A stretch of DNA of 64,000 nt, from the NCBI GenBank assembly GCA_963755125.1, contig CAVWIP010000006.1, forward strand, positions 128,001-192,000, written 5' to 3'. Position numbers and translations under genes: made by a program. Positions 36,137 through 46,735 of the stretch are shown in pieces. The DNA comes from an uncultured delta proteobacterium. Its GTDB lineage: Bacteria; Myxococcota_A; Polyangia; Fen-1088. The notes beneath the pieces are model-generated. The model did not search any database. It was not told the DNA's origin and was given only the letters and a program-made list of their open reading frames with translations. The stretch's first letter is position 1, and each line of letters begins with the position of its first letter.

Positions 36137-36763
36137 ATGTGCCCGGCTGATCTCTGGCTGCGCGACGAAAAGCGGGCGCTCCGGCGCGTTATGGCTGGCC
36201 GGCGCGATGAGCTGTCTGTGGATGACCGTGGGCGTTTGGCCCAGGCGGCGACGGAGCTTCTGCTCGATCTGCCCGAGGTGACGGCTGCCCGCGTGGTGGC
36301 GGCCTTCGTATCCACCCGATCCGAGATCGATACCTCACGCGCCATCGATGGCTTGCGGCGGCGTGGCGTCACCGTGGTTTTGCCGCGCGTGAGCGCCGAG
36401 CTTTTGCCCCCGCGCTTGCGCTTTCACCGGGTCGACGGACCTTCGGAGCTGGTGTTTGGCATCTTCGGCCTGCTTGAGCCGGGGCCCGGCTGTCCCGAGG
36501 TGGCGCCGCACGACATTGACGTCTTCATGGTCCCGGGCCTCGCCTTCGATGCACGTGGAGGCCGTGTTGGCTATGGTGGCGGCTATTACGACGAGCTGAT
36601 GGCCTACGTGCGCGCTCACCCGGACGGGCCGTCGGGCTTCTTCGTGGGGTTTGGCTACGATTTCCAGGTCGCAGAAAGTTGTCCCACGGGTGAGTGGGAC
36701 GTGCCCATCGACTGCGTGGTCACGGACGCGCGCGTGATCCGCTGTGGCGCCGCTCCCGAGTAA
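36137..36763 (+). CDS. ygfA: 5-formyltetrahydrofolate cyclo-ligase
   Basis: KRALR, SEIDT, LEP, VPGLAFD..G.RVGYGGGYYD, WDVPID. Confidence 0.9.
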   Translation: MCPADLWLRDEKRALRRVMAGRRDELSVDDRGRLAQAATELLLDLPEVTAARVVAAFVSTRSEIDTSRAIDGLRRRGVTVVLPRVSAELLPPRLRFHRVDGPSELVFGIFGLLEPGPGCPEVAPHDIDVFMVPGLAFDARGGRVGYGGGYYDELMAYVRAHPDGPSGFFVGFGYDFQVAESCPTGEWDVPIDCVVTDARVIRCGAAPE

Positions 36764-36772
36764 GGCCAGCCG

Positions 36773-38332
36773 ATGAACCCAGTCGTCATCATCGTCGCCA
36801 TTCTGGTCGCCCTGCTCGCGGCCGGAATGGCCTTCTTTCTTGGACGGGCTTCCAAGCCGAACGCTGTCCCGCAGACGGAAGCGGAACGCCAGCGCGCGCT
36901 GGCCGCCGCGCACGCCGAGGCCGACGCCATCCGGAGGCAGGCCGCGCTGGAGGCCAAGGAGGCGGCACAAAAGATCCGGGGCGAGGTGGATGCCGAGTTG
37001 CGCGTGCGTCGCCAGGAGATCGACCGGCAGGCGGCTGCGACCGGGGCCAAGCACGAGGCGCTGGAGCGGCGCGAACGCGAAATCAAGTCCGAGAACGAGA
37101 ACCTGCACCGCAAGGAGCGGCAGCTTCAGGCGCGCGAGCAGGCCGCCGAGGCGTCAGCGCGCGCGGGCGCGGCCCAGGTGGCCGAAGCGCGAGCCCGTCT
37201 GGAGAAGGTCGCCGGGATGACCGAGGCCGAGGCCCGCAAGGCGCTGGAGGCCGAGGTGCGCGAATCGGCGCGGGCGGCAGCCGCGCTCGAGGTCAGGCGC
37301 ATCGAGGACGAGGCGCGCGAACAGGCGCAGCAGAAGGCGCAGATGATTCTCGGTGCGGCGGTGCAACGTTATGCCAGCGAATACGTGGCCGAGCGCACGG
37401 TTTCGGTCGTGCCTCTTCCTTCCGACGACATGAAGGGACGCATCATCGGGCGCGAGGGGCGCAACATCCGAGCGCTGGAACAGGCCACCGGCATCGACCT
37501 CATCATCGACGACACGCCCGAGGCGGTGGTGATCTCTTGTTTCAATCCCGTGCGGCGCGAGATTGCTCGTCTGGCGCTGACCCGTCTCATCGCCGACGGG
37601 CGCATCCACCCCACCCGCATCGAGGAGATGGTCAAGAAGGCCACCGAGGAAGTCGAGCAACAGTGCAAGGAGGCCGGTGAGCAGGCGGCCTTCGATCTCG
37701 GCATCGGTCGCTTGCACCCCGAGCTGTCGCGGCTGGTGGGCAAGCTGAAGTTTCGCGCGGGCAGCGGGCAGAACCTGCTTGCCCATTCGGTCGAGGTGGG
37801 TTTCTTGTCGGGCGTGATCGCGGGCGAACTCGGCTACCCGGTCAAGACCGCGCGGCGGGCGGGCCTGTTGCACGACATCGGTTGCTGCGCGGAACAGGAA
37901 ATCGAGGGATCGCACGCCCAAGCCGGCGCGGTGCTGGCGCGCAAGTACGGCGAGCCGCCCAAGATCGTCCATGCCATCGAGTGCCACCACGGTGAGGCAG
38001 TCGCCGAGGACGTGCTCGACCACATCGTGGATGCGGCCAACGTGCTGGCCAACCAGCGGCCCGGGGCCAAGCGTGAAACCCTGGAAACCTACGTGCAGCG
38101 GCTGGCTGATCTGGAGAAGATCGCGAGCAGCTTCGACGGTGTCGAGCGCGCCTTCGCCATCCAGGCCGGACACGAGGTGCGCGTGCTGGTCGAGAATGCC
38201 AAGGTCACCGACGACCAGGCGCGAACCCTGTCCAGGGACATCGCGCGCAAGGTGGAGGCGCAGTTGGCCTATCCGGGGCAGATCCGCGTGTCGGTGGTGC
38301 GCGAGACCCGGGCCGTCGACTACGCCAAGTAG
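36773..38332 (+). CDS. rny: Ribonuclease Y
   Basis: N-terminal TM, coiled coil, KH (MKGRIIGREGRNIR), HD (LLHDIG), C-terminal YPGQIRVSVVRETRA. Confidence 0.95.
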   Translation: MNPVVIIVAILVALLAAGMAFFLGRASKPNAVPQTEAERQRALAAAHAEADAIRRQAALEAKEAAQKIRGEVDAELRVRRQEIDRQAAATGAKHEALERREREIKSENENLHRKERQLQAREQAAEASARAGAAQVAEARARLEKVAGMTEAEARKALEAEVRESARAAAALEVRRIEDEAREQAQQKAQMILGAAVQRYASEYVAERTVSVVPLPSDDMKGRIIGREGRNIRALEQATGIDLIIDDTPEAVVISCFNPVRREIARLALTRLIADGRIHPTRIEEMVKKATEEVEQQCKEAGEQAAFDLGIGRLHPELSRLVGKLKFRAGSGQNLLAHSVEVGFLSGVIAGELGYPVKTARRAGLLHDIGCCAEQEIEGSHAQAGAVLARKYGEPPKIVHAIECHHGEAVAEDVLDHIVDAANVLANQRPGAKRETLETYVQRLADLEKIASSFDGVERAFAIQAGHEVRVLVENAKVTDDQARTLSRDIARKVEAQLAYPGQIRVSVVRETRAVDYAK

Positions 38333-38390
38333 CAATACGAAAAGCCACAATTCTTGACGGGCTCACCGGTGCGGCGAAGATCGGGCCAGC

Positions 38391-39183
38391 ATGTGCAAGC
38401 CCATTCTTACTGCCACCCTGGCCACCCTGGTCGTGGCCAGTTGCAACCGCGATGACCGGCCGATGACCCCTGCGGATTTCTGTCAGGACTACAGCCAGCG
38501 CGAATGCAGCGACGTGGCGCCGGCGTGTCTGGAGCCGGAGGACGATTGTTCTGACTGCGCGGCAGGCGGCGTGCACGGACCGGGCGCAGCTTGAGGAGAG
38601 CGCGCAGCGACCGTTCGATCCCGCAAACGCAGGTGCCTGTCTGTCGAGGGTGAGCGCGGTGTTCAGCGTGCTCAACCACGACCTGGCCATCGACGCGAAA
38701 GACTACCGCAGCATCGACACCGCGTGCGCGCGCGTATTTCACGGCAATGCGACGGACAACCAAGCGTGCGGCGTCGATGCCGACTGCAGCGGGACGTTGG
38801 TCTGTGACAAGGGTCGTTGCGGCACCTTGCACCAGGTCGACCCGGGCGCGGGCTGCGCCAACATCGGTGAATACTGCCCGCAGGGCTACTACTGCGGCCT
38901 CGTCTCCGGGGTGTTGGTGTGTACGGCTCGGCCGGGTTTGGCGGCGGTGTGCAGCCCGGACATCCCCTGCCTCGAAGATCTGCGCTGTGACAGCGGAATC
39001 TGCACGGATCGTCTGGCCATCGGGCTTGCCTGCCAGGATGACGGCGATTGTGCGAGCGGCTTCTGCGAGCCCTTCGCTTCCAAGTGCGGCACCGACGTGC
39101 GCTTTGCCGCCGGCACGCCAGCCTGCCAGGCCTATCAGCCCAACAGCAGCACGCCAGTGGCCCAAGATGCTTCTACTGATTAG
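38391..39183 (+). pseudogene. Cys-rich lipoprotein, frameshifted at ~38550
   Basis: Lipobox VASC; removing one T in GAT TGT T CTG ACT joins the N-terminus to the Cys-rich 38650-39183 frame. Confidence 0.7.
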
Positions 39184-42100
39184 CCGCCATACAGGCGGTC
39201 GAAGAACGCGTGCATGTCTTCCAGCTTTGCGCCGATGAAGGCGCGGCCCACCTGCGCGGCCAGACGAGCCAGCGGCGGTCCTGAAGTGGCCAGCCGTTCA
39301 AGCAGGCTCCTGGCCTGTTTCGCATCCGCGCCCGCCTTGCTGTCGCCGGTCTGCGAAGCCTGAATCACCAGCGCTTCAACCGCCACCAGCCGGCGCGCGC
39401 TGTCGGTCTCGCAAGATTCGAGGATCTCGGCCACTTCGGCCGGCTGGCGCTGGCGAGCCCAAGTGGTGCCAAGACCGCGGATGGCGGCTGCGCGCACGTC
39501 ATGGGCCGGATCGCCGATCGCCTGTTCCAGAAATGGTCCCGCAGCCTTGGGATCGCGCTGGGCGAGGTTCGCCAGAGCCTCGGCGGCCGCGGCCCGCACC
39601 GATTCGCCGCGCTGGTGCAGCACCCCGGCCAGCAGAGCCGCCGTGGCATCAGGCGCTCCGGTGACATCGCCGAGGGCCAGCGCGCCGGCTTGCCTCGTCG
39701 CCGCGTCGCTCGAGCGCAGCATGGCCTCAAACACGGGCAGCACACGCTCGGGGCCGGTGCCGGAGGCGGCCGCCAGTGCGCGCACCGCCTCGGCGCGCAC
39801 CAGACCCTGGCGGTCTTCGGCTCCGGCTTGTAGGATCTCCAGCGCGGGCGGCTGCATGCCCGCTGCGGCTTTCATCGCCGCAAGCCGCAGACCATCGTCG
39901 CCGTCGCGCACGGCCTGGCGGAGGATGCTGGTCAGGCCGGCGGGCGCGGCCACGCGCAGGGCGATCAGGCGCTCGTCGAGATCGCCTTGCAGGAAGAAGG
40001 TCGACAACTTCTTGTCGAGATCGCCGGCGTGGCTCCCGACGGAGTTTCCCGCCTTGCTGTAGCTGATGAGCGCGTCGGCGGCTGCCACGCGCACGCTGCG
40101 TTCGGGATCTTCGAGCAGGGTGATGAGCGGCCCGAGCACGATCTCGTGGACCCGTCCGGCCAGCGCGCCCAGCGAGGCGGCGGCAGCGGCACGCACGGTC
40201 TGCTCATCGGAAGACGTCAGCTCGATGGCCATGCGCGCGGCGCCTTTGGGATCGCCCTCGGTCAGGCTGCCCAGGCAAGAGGCAGCCTCGGTTCGCACCT
40301 CGCGGTTGGCATCGCGAGCCGCCACCCGCAGGTAGGGCGAGGCGGCGGCGGGACTTTTGGCGGCGACGACACACAGGGCCCGCGCACAGGCGCCGCGGGT
40401 GCTGACGTCGCCCAGCTTGAGCGCGCGCACCAGCGCGGGCAGAACTGCGGCAGCGTGGGTCTTGCCGATCTCGCCCAGCGCCTCGACGATGAAGCGGCGC
40501 AGGCCCGGTCGCACGTTGGCCAGAACATGGCCGAGCAGCTCCGCAATCGGGCCAGGCTGTGCAACCGCCAGATGCAAGGCCGAATCGAGGCCTGCCTTTT
40601 GTACTTCGGTGTTCGGGTCCAGCAGGGCCTTGCGGACCAGTTCGGGGCCCTCGCGGCGCAGATATCCGAAACCACGCGCTGCCTCCGCGCGCACCTCGGG
40701 CGACTGATCGTACAGGAAGGCCTTGAGCGGCCTTGACGCCAAATCGGGCTGCTTGATGGCCGCCACACCCCACAGCGCCGCGCCCGTCACTCGTCCCGAA
40801 GGCGGGCCCTTGCTGGCGGCTTGAGCCAACTCCGCCACCTTGGCGGGCTCGATGAGCCGGGCGTAAAGCGGCAGAGCGGCCGTGCGCAGGCGCGGCGACG
40901 CGTCCGGCATCACGGCCTTTTCCAACATGGGCCGCAGGCTGTTGGAGATTGCGTTGGTGCGACGGAGAAATGAGAGTGCCGACACGCGCGCCTCTTCGGG
41001 GGCAGTCTCGTCCGACGCGATCTGCGCCAAGACGGTGGCGGCATCAGCCGGGGCGCGCACGGCGATCTGATCGAGCAGTCCGATCGCGGTCCGCCGGGCC
41101 ATCCCGTCGCTGCTCCACAGAGCCAGGCGGACAGCGTCAGCCGCGGCCGCCGGTGAGCGTGCGGCCAGATCGAGAAGCGACGCCTCCGCCAGCCGCCGGA
41201 ACGAGGCGTCTTTGTCGGCGAGCGCCACCGAAAGAATACTGGCCGTCGTGTTGGGATCGAGGTCGCGGCATTCCTGCAGGACGGCGCTGCGCACGGAAAA
41301 CGACTGGTCGGCCAGGGCGGCGCGCAGAGTGGCGGCGTGAGCACCCTTGCCCTGCCGTCGATCGATGGCGGCCGCCACCTCCACCCCGCGCCGGCGCACG
41401 TCGGGCGATGGGTCGTTGAGCGCGGCAGCCAGGATCTCGTCTTCGCCGGCTCGGCCGGTGCCCACCACGGCCAAAGCTTCCAAGGCGTCACGGCGTGAAG
41501 CGGGATCGGCGAAGGCCTGCTTCAGCGAGACCACGCCGTTGGGCTCACCGAGCAGGACCAGGGAAACCCCGCGCGGCACCGGCCCCAGACCGTCGATGAC
41601 CGCGCGCAACCAGGAGGGAAGCCGCGCGCTCTGGTTCGCATCCAGCGACCCGGTGGCACGTCCGCTCGCGATGCGCGAGGCCAGATCGGCGGCCACGCTA
41701 GCCGCGGCGAAGCCGGTATCGGCAATCATCGAACTGCGGCGGGACTGAGCCGGAAGGAAATTGAAAAAAGCCAGCGAGCGACGTCCTCGTCGCGCGACCA
41801 CCCGACTGCCAGGTTGGTCGCGTGCCGGCTCGAAAGCCAGCGTGTAGGTCGCGCGCACCTCGAAGATGAGGGCGAGCAGCACGGCGAGCAGCAAGACTAT
41901 CGCGGAGCCGATCTGCAGAGCGCTGCGCCGGATGCTGCGCCTGAGCGTGCTGGCCTCGTCGCTTGCCAGGTCCCCGCCCAGATGGTGGCGTACCCTGCGG
42001 ATCTCGGGTAGCGACAGGCGCTCGCCCGCCAGAACGCGGCGGCGTAAGGTGCGCCGGATGTCGTGGGCAGCGCCCACCTCGCTGGCCGCGAATTCCTCGA

Positions 42101-43151
42101 TGCGGGCGACCAGGCACGGGTGCGCAAGAGCGTAGCGGTCGGCCGACCCGGAGAAGGATTTTTCCAGAATGCCTCGACTGGTCAGCGGCGCGACCGCCTG
42201 TTCGACGGTAGCCTGGGGCAGGCCGGCGCGAGTCGCCAGTTCCTCCACCGTGGAGCTGGAAAGGCGGGCTGCTGCAAGCAGGATCCGCAAGGCCGGGCGG
42301 CCGCCGGCGTCGTGCACCGCCCGCTGGAAAAAGCTGTGCAGCAGCATGGCCGCGCCGCCGCTGCGCTCGTAGCGGCGCAGCGAGGTCAGCCGCAGCTCGA
42401 CGGCCATGCGGGCAACCATTTGCAGGTCAGCGGGCAAACAGCGACCGCTGCGACACAGGTCGCCAGCCATCAACGACGCCAGGCCAGCTTCGAAGAAGGT
42501 CCCGGTACCGACCGCGGTCTGTTCCAGGATCTGAGTGGCGCTTTCCTGGTCGAGACGTCCAAGCTCCATCCACGCCCCGGCCGCGGGCGTGAGATTGCAG
42601 GCGTTGTACAGGAGATCGAGGCGGTGGAAGGAACCGGTGTCCACACAGAGGAGAACCCGCAGTCGAGGCCCGGCTCCCTCGCTGACAGTGAGGAGCAGCG
42701 CGGCCAGTTGGTCGAGGGCGGAAGTGCCGGCATCCGGGCCGCAGTGGGAGAGAATGGTCTCCAGGTGGTCGAGGATGAGCAAAGTCCCGGCGTTTGAACT
42801 GCGCGCGAGTTGGACCAGATAATCGGCCGGGCCGTCACCAGGCGCGGGGGGCTCGCCGCGCACGCGTCCGGCGGCCTGCCACATTTCCTGCTCGATATCG
42901 TCGTAGGCGCCGAGGTAGACCGCGGTGACGTCGTGCCTGGCCAGCGCGGGTAGCAGCCCGGCCCGCAACAACGAAGTCTTGCCCACGCCCAACTCGCCGG
43001 TAAGCGCGACCACCCGATCTCCCTCCCTGCACACCAGGCGGTCGAGCGCGACGATCTCGTCCGCGCGGCCGAAGAACAGCGCAGCGCTGTTTTCATCGTA
43101 GGGAACGAGTCCCCGGAACGGACCGGGAGCCGGAATGCCGCCGACCGACAT
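39180..43151 (-). CDS. nSTAND1-like NTPase - TM - HEAT repeat protein
   Basis: PFRGLVPY..FFGR, GELGVGKTSLLRAGL, LILDHLE, one TM helix, many HEAT repeats (D....VR..A). Confidence 0.8.
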   Translation of the reverse strand: MSVGGIPAPGPFRGLVPYDENSAALFFGRADEIVALDRLVCREGDRVVALTGELGVGKTSLLRAGLLPALARHDVTAVYLGAYDDIEQEMWQAAGRVRGEPPAPGDGPADYLVQLARSSNAGTLLILDHLETILSHCGPDAGTSALDQLAALLLTVSEGAGPRLRVLLCVDTGSFHRLDLLYNACNLTPAAGAWMELGRLDQESATQILEQTAVGTGTFFEAGLASLMAGDLCRSGRCLPADLQMVARMAVELRLTSLRRYERSGGAAMLLHSFFQRAVHDAGGRPALRILLAAARLSSSTVEELATRAGLPQATVEQAVAPLTSRGILEKSFSGSADRYALAHPCLVARIEEFAASEVGAAHDIRRTLRRRVLAGERLSLPEIRRVRHHLGGDLASDEASTLRRSIRRSALQIGSAIVLLLAVLLALIFEVRATYTLAFEPARDQPGSRVVARRGRRSLAFFNFLPAQSRRSSMIADTGFAAASVAADLASRIASGRATGSLDANQSARLPSWLRAVIDGLGPVPRGVSLVLLGEPNGVVSLKQAFADPASRRDALEALAVVGTGRAGEDEILAAALNDPSPDVRRRGVEVAAAIDRRQGKGAHAATLRAALADQSFSVRSAVLQECRDLDPNTTASILSVALADKDASFRRLAEASLLDLAARSPAAAADAVRLALWSSDGMARRTAIGLLDQIAVRAPADAATVLAQIASDETAPEEARVSALSFLRRTNAISNSLRPMLEKAVMPDASPRLRTAALPLYARLIEPAKVAELAQAASKGPPSGRVTGAALWGVAAIKQPDLASRPLKAFLYDQSPEVRAEAARGFGYLRREGPELVRKALLDPNTEVQKAGLDSALHLAVAQPGPIAELLGHVLANVRPGLRRFIVEALGEIGKTHAAAVLPALVRALKLGDVSTRGACARALCVVAAKSPAAASPYLRVAARDANREVRTEAASCLGSLTEGDPKGAARMAIELTSSDEQTVRAAAAASLGALAGRVHEIVLGPLITLLEDPERSVRVAAADALISYSKAGNSVGSHAGDLDKKLSTFFLQGDLDERLIALRVAAPAGLTSILRQAVRDGDDGLRLAAMKAAAGMQPPALEILQAGAEDRQGLVRAEAVRALAAASGTGPERVLPVFEAMLRSSDAATRQAGALALGDVTGAPDATAALLAGVLHQRGESVRAAAAEALANLAQRDPKAAGPFLEQAIGDPAHDVRAAAIRGLGTTWARQRQPAEVAEILESCETDSARRLVAVEALVIQASQTGDSKAGADAKQARSLLERLATSGPPLARLAAQVGRAFIGAKLEDMHAFFDRLYGG

Positions 43152-43232
43152 GCAAGACAGAATAGCCGCAGCGAGGGAGGAGGGAAGAGGAAACTGCGTG
43201 GGGCGGCGAACAGCGGCCGGCGGGGCGGGTTG

Positions 43233-43565
43233 CTACTCCTCGGTGCCGACCTCTGATTCGAGGATGACAGGCTCTTCGTCGTAGTCGGCGATCACGGTCT
43301 CGCGGCCCACGGCGTCGGTGGCTGAGGGCGGGAAGAAGCCATCGACGAGATCGGCTATCTCGTCATGTGAGGTGCCGCGTTTCACAGTGGCCAGAGCGTA
43401 GATCATGTGGCCGTCGTCGATGAGCGAGAGGTAGCCCACGCGGCGGCCGTCTTCGACGGACCAGAGATCCCATGCCTCGGCGTTGCGGGTGCGCGTCGCG
43501 CGCGTGGCGTAGAAGGTGCGTGGGTCGTGCCGGGTGATGGGCGTGATCTTGGGTTCACGGGGCAT
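43233..43565 (-). CDS. Hypothetical protein with acidic C-terminus
   Basis: AAGG RBS, ATG 43565, high-GC3 codon use. Confidence 0.5.
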   Translation of the reverse strand: MPREPKITPITRHDPRTFYATRATRTRNAEAWDLWSVEDGRRVGYLSLIDDGHMIYALATVKRGTSHDEIADLVDGFFPPSATDAVGRETVIADYDEEPVILESEVGTEE

Positions 43566-43654
43566 GGGGCCTTGAAGGTAGCACATCGCAGGCCCGCGGC
43601 ATGGCCAGGTAGTCTTCAGAGTCGAAGCGCCCAGCGCCGCGGCTGGCCTATACG

Positions 43655-45382
43655 CTACCGCCATGGCGCAGGCAGAATCGGCGGTCGCTCCATGGCCCGG
43701 CGGGTTCGCTGCAGCTCGATCTCGCTGATCAACACGGCGGGCGCCGCGGTCGACACCGGCACGTAGCCCGACTCGGCGCCGCAGTAGCCGTTGAACACCG
43801 CGCTCGTGTCCGAGGCCGCGAGGATACGATTGAGCGAGCCGATGGGCGTGCCGACAAATTCCACCCCACGCGCCAGGGTTTCCGTGCCGGTTTCCGCGTC
43901 CACCCGGTACACGATGCGAGGCATGCCCTTGAAGGCCTGGAAATCGTAGGTGGTGGTGTTGGTCTGGCCGCCGCTGATGTCAGCGATGATGAGCCCGAAA
44001 CTCTTCTTCTGCCGGCGGATCTCGTCGAGCAGCATCTCCTTGAGCTTGGCGTAGGGCACCACCTTGTCGGACTTCACGATGGTGCTGGCCATGCGGCCGA
44101 TGGGATCCAGCGTGCCCTCGGCGCGACCATGGCCGTTGGACGCAGGCGATCCCTTCACCGGGGTGCGGCTCTTGAGGTAGTTGCGCAAGATTCCGTGATC
44201 CACCAGGGTCACGGGGAACGAGGCGACGCCCTCGTCGTCGAAGTCGTAGTGGCCGTTGAGCGACACGCCATCCAGTTTGGCCGCCGACGGATCGTCGAGC
44301 ACGGTGATGAACGTCGGCAGGATGGTCTTGCCGATCTGGCCCTTGAAGGTTGCGCCTTCCTTGTTGTCGTTCTGCCGCTCGCCTTCCAGCCTGTGCCCCA
44401 GCGCCTCGTGGAAGAACACCCCGGCGGCCTCGGGCAGCAGGATGGCCGGGCCGTTGAACGGGTCCATCATGGGCGCCTCGCGCAGGCGCTTGACCTCGTC
44501 GGCAAGTTGCTTGGCGGTGCGCTCCAGGGTGGCGTCGTCGGGCATCTCGCCCTCGGATGCGCCGTAGAAGCTCTTGAAGTGGTTGATGAGCAAGCCGTCG
44601 GCGGCGCGCGCGTTGGCGGTCATGTGCAAGCCGTAGATGAGGCGCTCGTTCACCAGTTCGGTGCCCTCGGTGGTGACGATGAAACGGGTCTGGTGATCGA
44701 CGGACAGCTTGACCTGGGAATCGAAGATCTCCGGGTAGGCCTTGAACAGCGCGGAGACGCGGCGCAGGCGGTTCTCCCAGTTCGCCCGGTCCAACTTGAG
44801 CGTGATGGGTTTGTCGACGGCGTGCTGGGGCTTCTCGCGCGAGAAACTGGCCACCGACTCGTCCTCCACCATCTTGGTCACGCGGGCGCCGCGCTTTTTG
44901 TGCAAGGTGGCCAGCGCCTGCTTGTAACGCGCGTCGGTTTGCAGCCACAGCGTGGCCCGCAGCACATCCACGTCGTCGTCGATGGGCGCGCCCACCGGCG
45001 GCTCGTAGCGATCGAAGTCGTCCATGTCGAACACCTTCTCGGTGGTGTCGTCGGCGGTGTTGTCGAACTTGTAGCTGCCCACCCGCACTTCCACGTTGGC
45101 CTGGCGTAGGTGCTGGTGGCTGTCTTCCAGCAGGGCGCCGAAACGCGCGACCAGATCGTAGTCATCGTACTCGCGCACCAGATAGCGGATGAAGTACGGC
45201 CCGTCCTCGCCCGGCAGGCGCAGCTTTTCCTGGGAACGGATCAACTCACTCTTGAGCGCGCGCAGCAGGGCCAGTGGGTGGTCGGGCGCCGGCGGCGCGG
45301 TCTTGCCCGCGGCCAGCGGACCGGAAAGCGATGAAACTGCGAGCAGAGCAAGCAAACTTCGAATGACGTTCCTATGTGCCAT
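43655..45382 (-). CDS. TldD/PmbA family metallopeptidase with signal peptide
   Basis: FHEALGH, DDEG, NGHGR, GYCG; N-terminal signal peptide. Confidence 0.88.
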   Translation of the reverse strand: MAHRNVIRSLLALLAVSSLSGPLAAGKTAPPAPDHPLALLRALKSELIRSQEKLRLPGEDGPYFIRYLVREYDDYDLVARFGALLEDSHQHLRQANVEVRVGSYKFDNTADDTTEKVFDMDDFDRYEPPVGAPIDDDVDVLRATLWLQTDARYKQALATLHKKRGARVTKMVEDESVASFSREKPQHAVDKPITLKLDRANWENRLRRVSALFKAYPEIFDSQVKLSVDHQTRFIVTTEGTELVNERLIYGLHMTANARAADGLLINHFKSFYGASEGEMPDDATLERTAKQLADEVKRLREAPMMDPFNGPAILLPEAAGVFFHEALGHRLEGERQNDNKEGATFKGQIGKTILPTFITVLDDPSAAKLDGVSLNGHYDFDDEGVASFPVTLVDHGILRNYLKSRTPVKGSPASNGHGRAEGTLDPIGRMASTIVKSDKVVPYAKLKEMLLDEIRRQKKSFGLIIADISGGQTNTTTYDFQAFKGMPRIVYRVDAETGTETLARGVEFVGTPIGSLNRILAASDTSAVFNGYCGAESGYVPVSTAAPAVLISEIELQRTRRAMERPPILPAPWR

Positions 45383-45444
45383 TGCGCCTCGGGGGTGAAG
45401 TTCGCTAGTCTGACCGCTTCGCAGCCCGAAAGAAAGCCGAAGCG

Positions 45445-46677
45445 ATGGCCAAAATCAACACACACTACCAGAAGCTGCAGGCTGGCTATTTGTTCCCCGA
45501 GATCGGCAAGCGCGTGCGGGCCTATGCGGCGACTCACCCGGCGGCTCGCATCATCCGTCTGGGCATCGGCGATGTGGTGCTACCGCTGCCTGCACCCATC
45601 GTGGACGCGCTCAAGGCCGGCGCCGACGAGATGGCCAGCAAAGAGACCTTTCGTGGCTACGGCCCCGAGCAGGGTTACGAGTTTCTGCTCGACGCCATCG
45701 CGGCCCACTACCGCAGCCAGGGCGCCCAGGTGGCGCCCGACGAGATCTTTGTTTCCGACGGGTCCAAGTGCGACACCGCCAACGTGCAGGAGATTTTTTC
45801 TCTCGACAGCGCGGTGGCCGTGACCGACCCGGTCTACCCGGTGTACGTCGACACCAACGTGATGGCGGGCCGCACCGGTCCGGCTGACGACAAGGGCCGC
45901 TACGCACGCCTTATCTATCTGCCCACCACGGCGGAGAACGACTTCGACCCGCCGCTGCCCGAGGGCCGAGTCGATCTGGTCTATCTCTGCTCGCCCAACA
46001 ACCCGACCGGCGCGGTCATGTCGCGCGCGTCGCTGGCGCGCTGGGTGGCCTGGGCCAAGCAGCACGAGGCCATCATTCTTTTCGACGCGGCCTACGAGGC
46101 GTTCGTGCGCGAGCCGGGCCTGCCCCGCAGCATCTTCGAGATCCCGGGCGCGCGCGAGGTGGCGCTGGAATTCCGCAGCTTCTCCAAGACCGCGGGATTC
46201 ACCGGTACGCGCTGCGCGTTCACCGTGATCCCGAAGGAGTGCAAGGCGCGCGACGAGTCCGGCGCGTGGGTGGCGCTGCACGGCCTGTGGAACCGCCGCC
46301 ACACGACCAAGTTCAACGGCGTCAGCTACCCCATCCAGAGGGCCGCAGCCGCGGTCTTCAGCCCCGAGGGCGCGGCCGGCGCGCAGGCCAACATTGACAC
46401 CACCATGGAAAACGCGCGCCTGATTCGCGAGGGTCTGGGCCGCGCCGGCTATCGCGTGTTCGGCGGGGTGAATGCGCCCTACATCTGGATGCAGGTGCCC
46501 GCGGGAATGACCTCGTGGCAGTACTTCGACCGCCTGCTGGCCGAGGCGAACGTGGTGGGCACGCCCGGCTCGGGGTTCGGAAGCTGCGGCGAGGGCTACT
46601 TCCGCCTGTCGGCGTTCGGCTTTCGTGAGAACGTGGAGGAAGCGATGGAGCGCATTCGGAGCAAGTTGCCAGCTTGA
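45445..46677 (+). CDS. dapL: LL-diaminopimelate aminotransferase
   Basis: [42 protein letters not shown]. Confidence 0.95.
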   Translation: MAKINTHYQKLQAGYLFPEIGKRVRAYAATHPAARIIRLGIGDVVLPLPAPIVDALKAGADEMASKETFRGYGPEQGYEFLLDAIAAHYRSQGAQVAPDEIFVSDGSKCDTANVQEIFSLDSAVAVTDPVYPVYVDTNVMAGRTGPADDKGRYARLIYLPTTAENDFDPPLPEGRVDLVYLCSPNNPTGAVMSRASLARWVAWAKQHEAIILFDAAYEAFVREPGLPRSIFEIPGAREVALEFRSFSKTAGFTGTRCAFTVIPKECKARDESGAWVALHGLWNRRHTTKFNGVSYPIQRAAAAVFSPEGAAGAQANIDTTMENARLIREGLGRAGYRVFGGVNAPYIWMQVPAGMTSWQYFDRLLAEANVVGTPGSGFGSCGEGYFRLSAFGFRENVEEAMERIRSKLPA

Positions 46678-46735
46678 CTCTGGCGTCCCAGAACCGCATC
46701 CTCGAAGCCCCCAAACCATTGCACAAGGAAGATTC

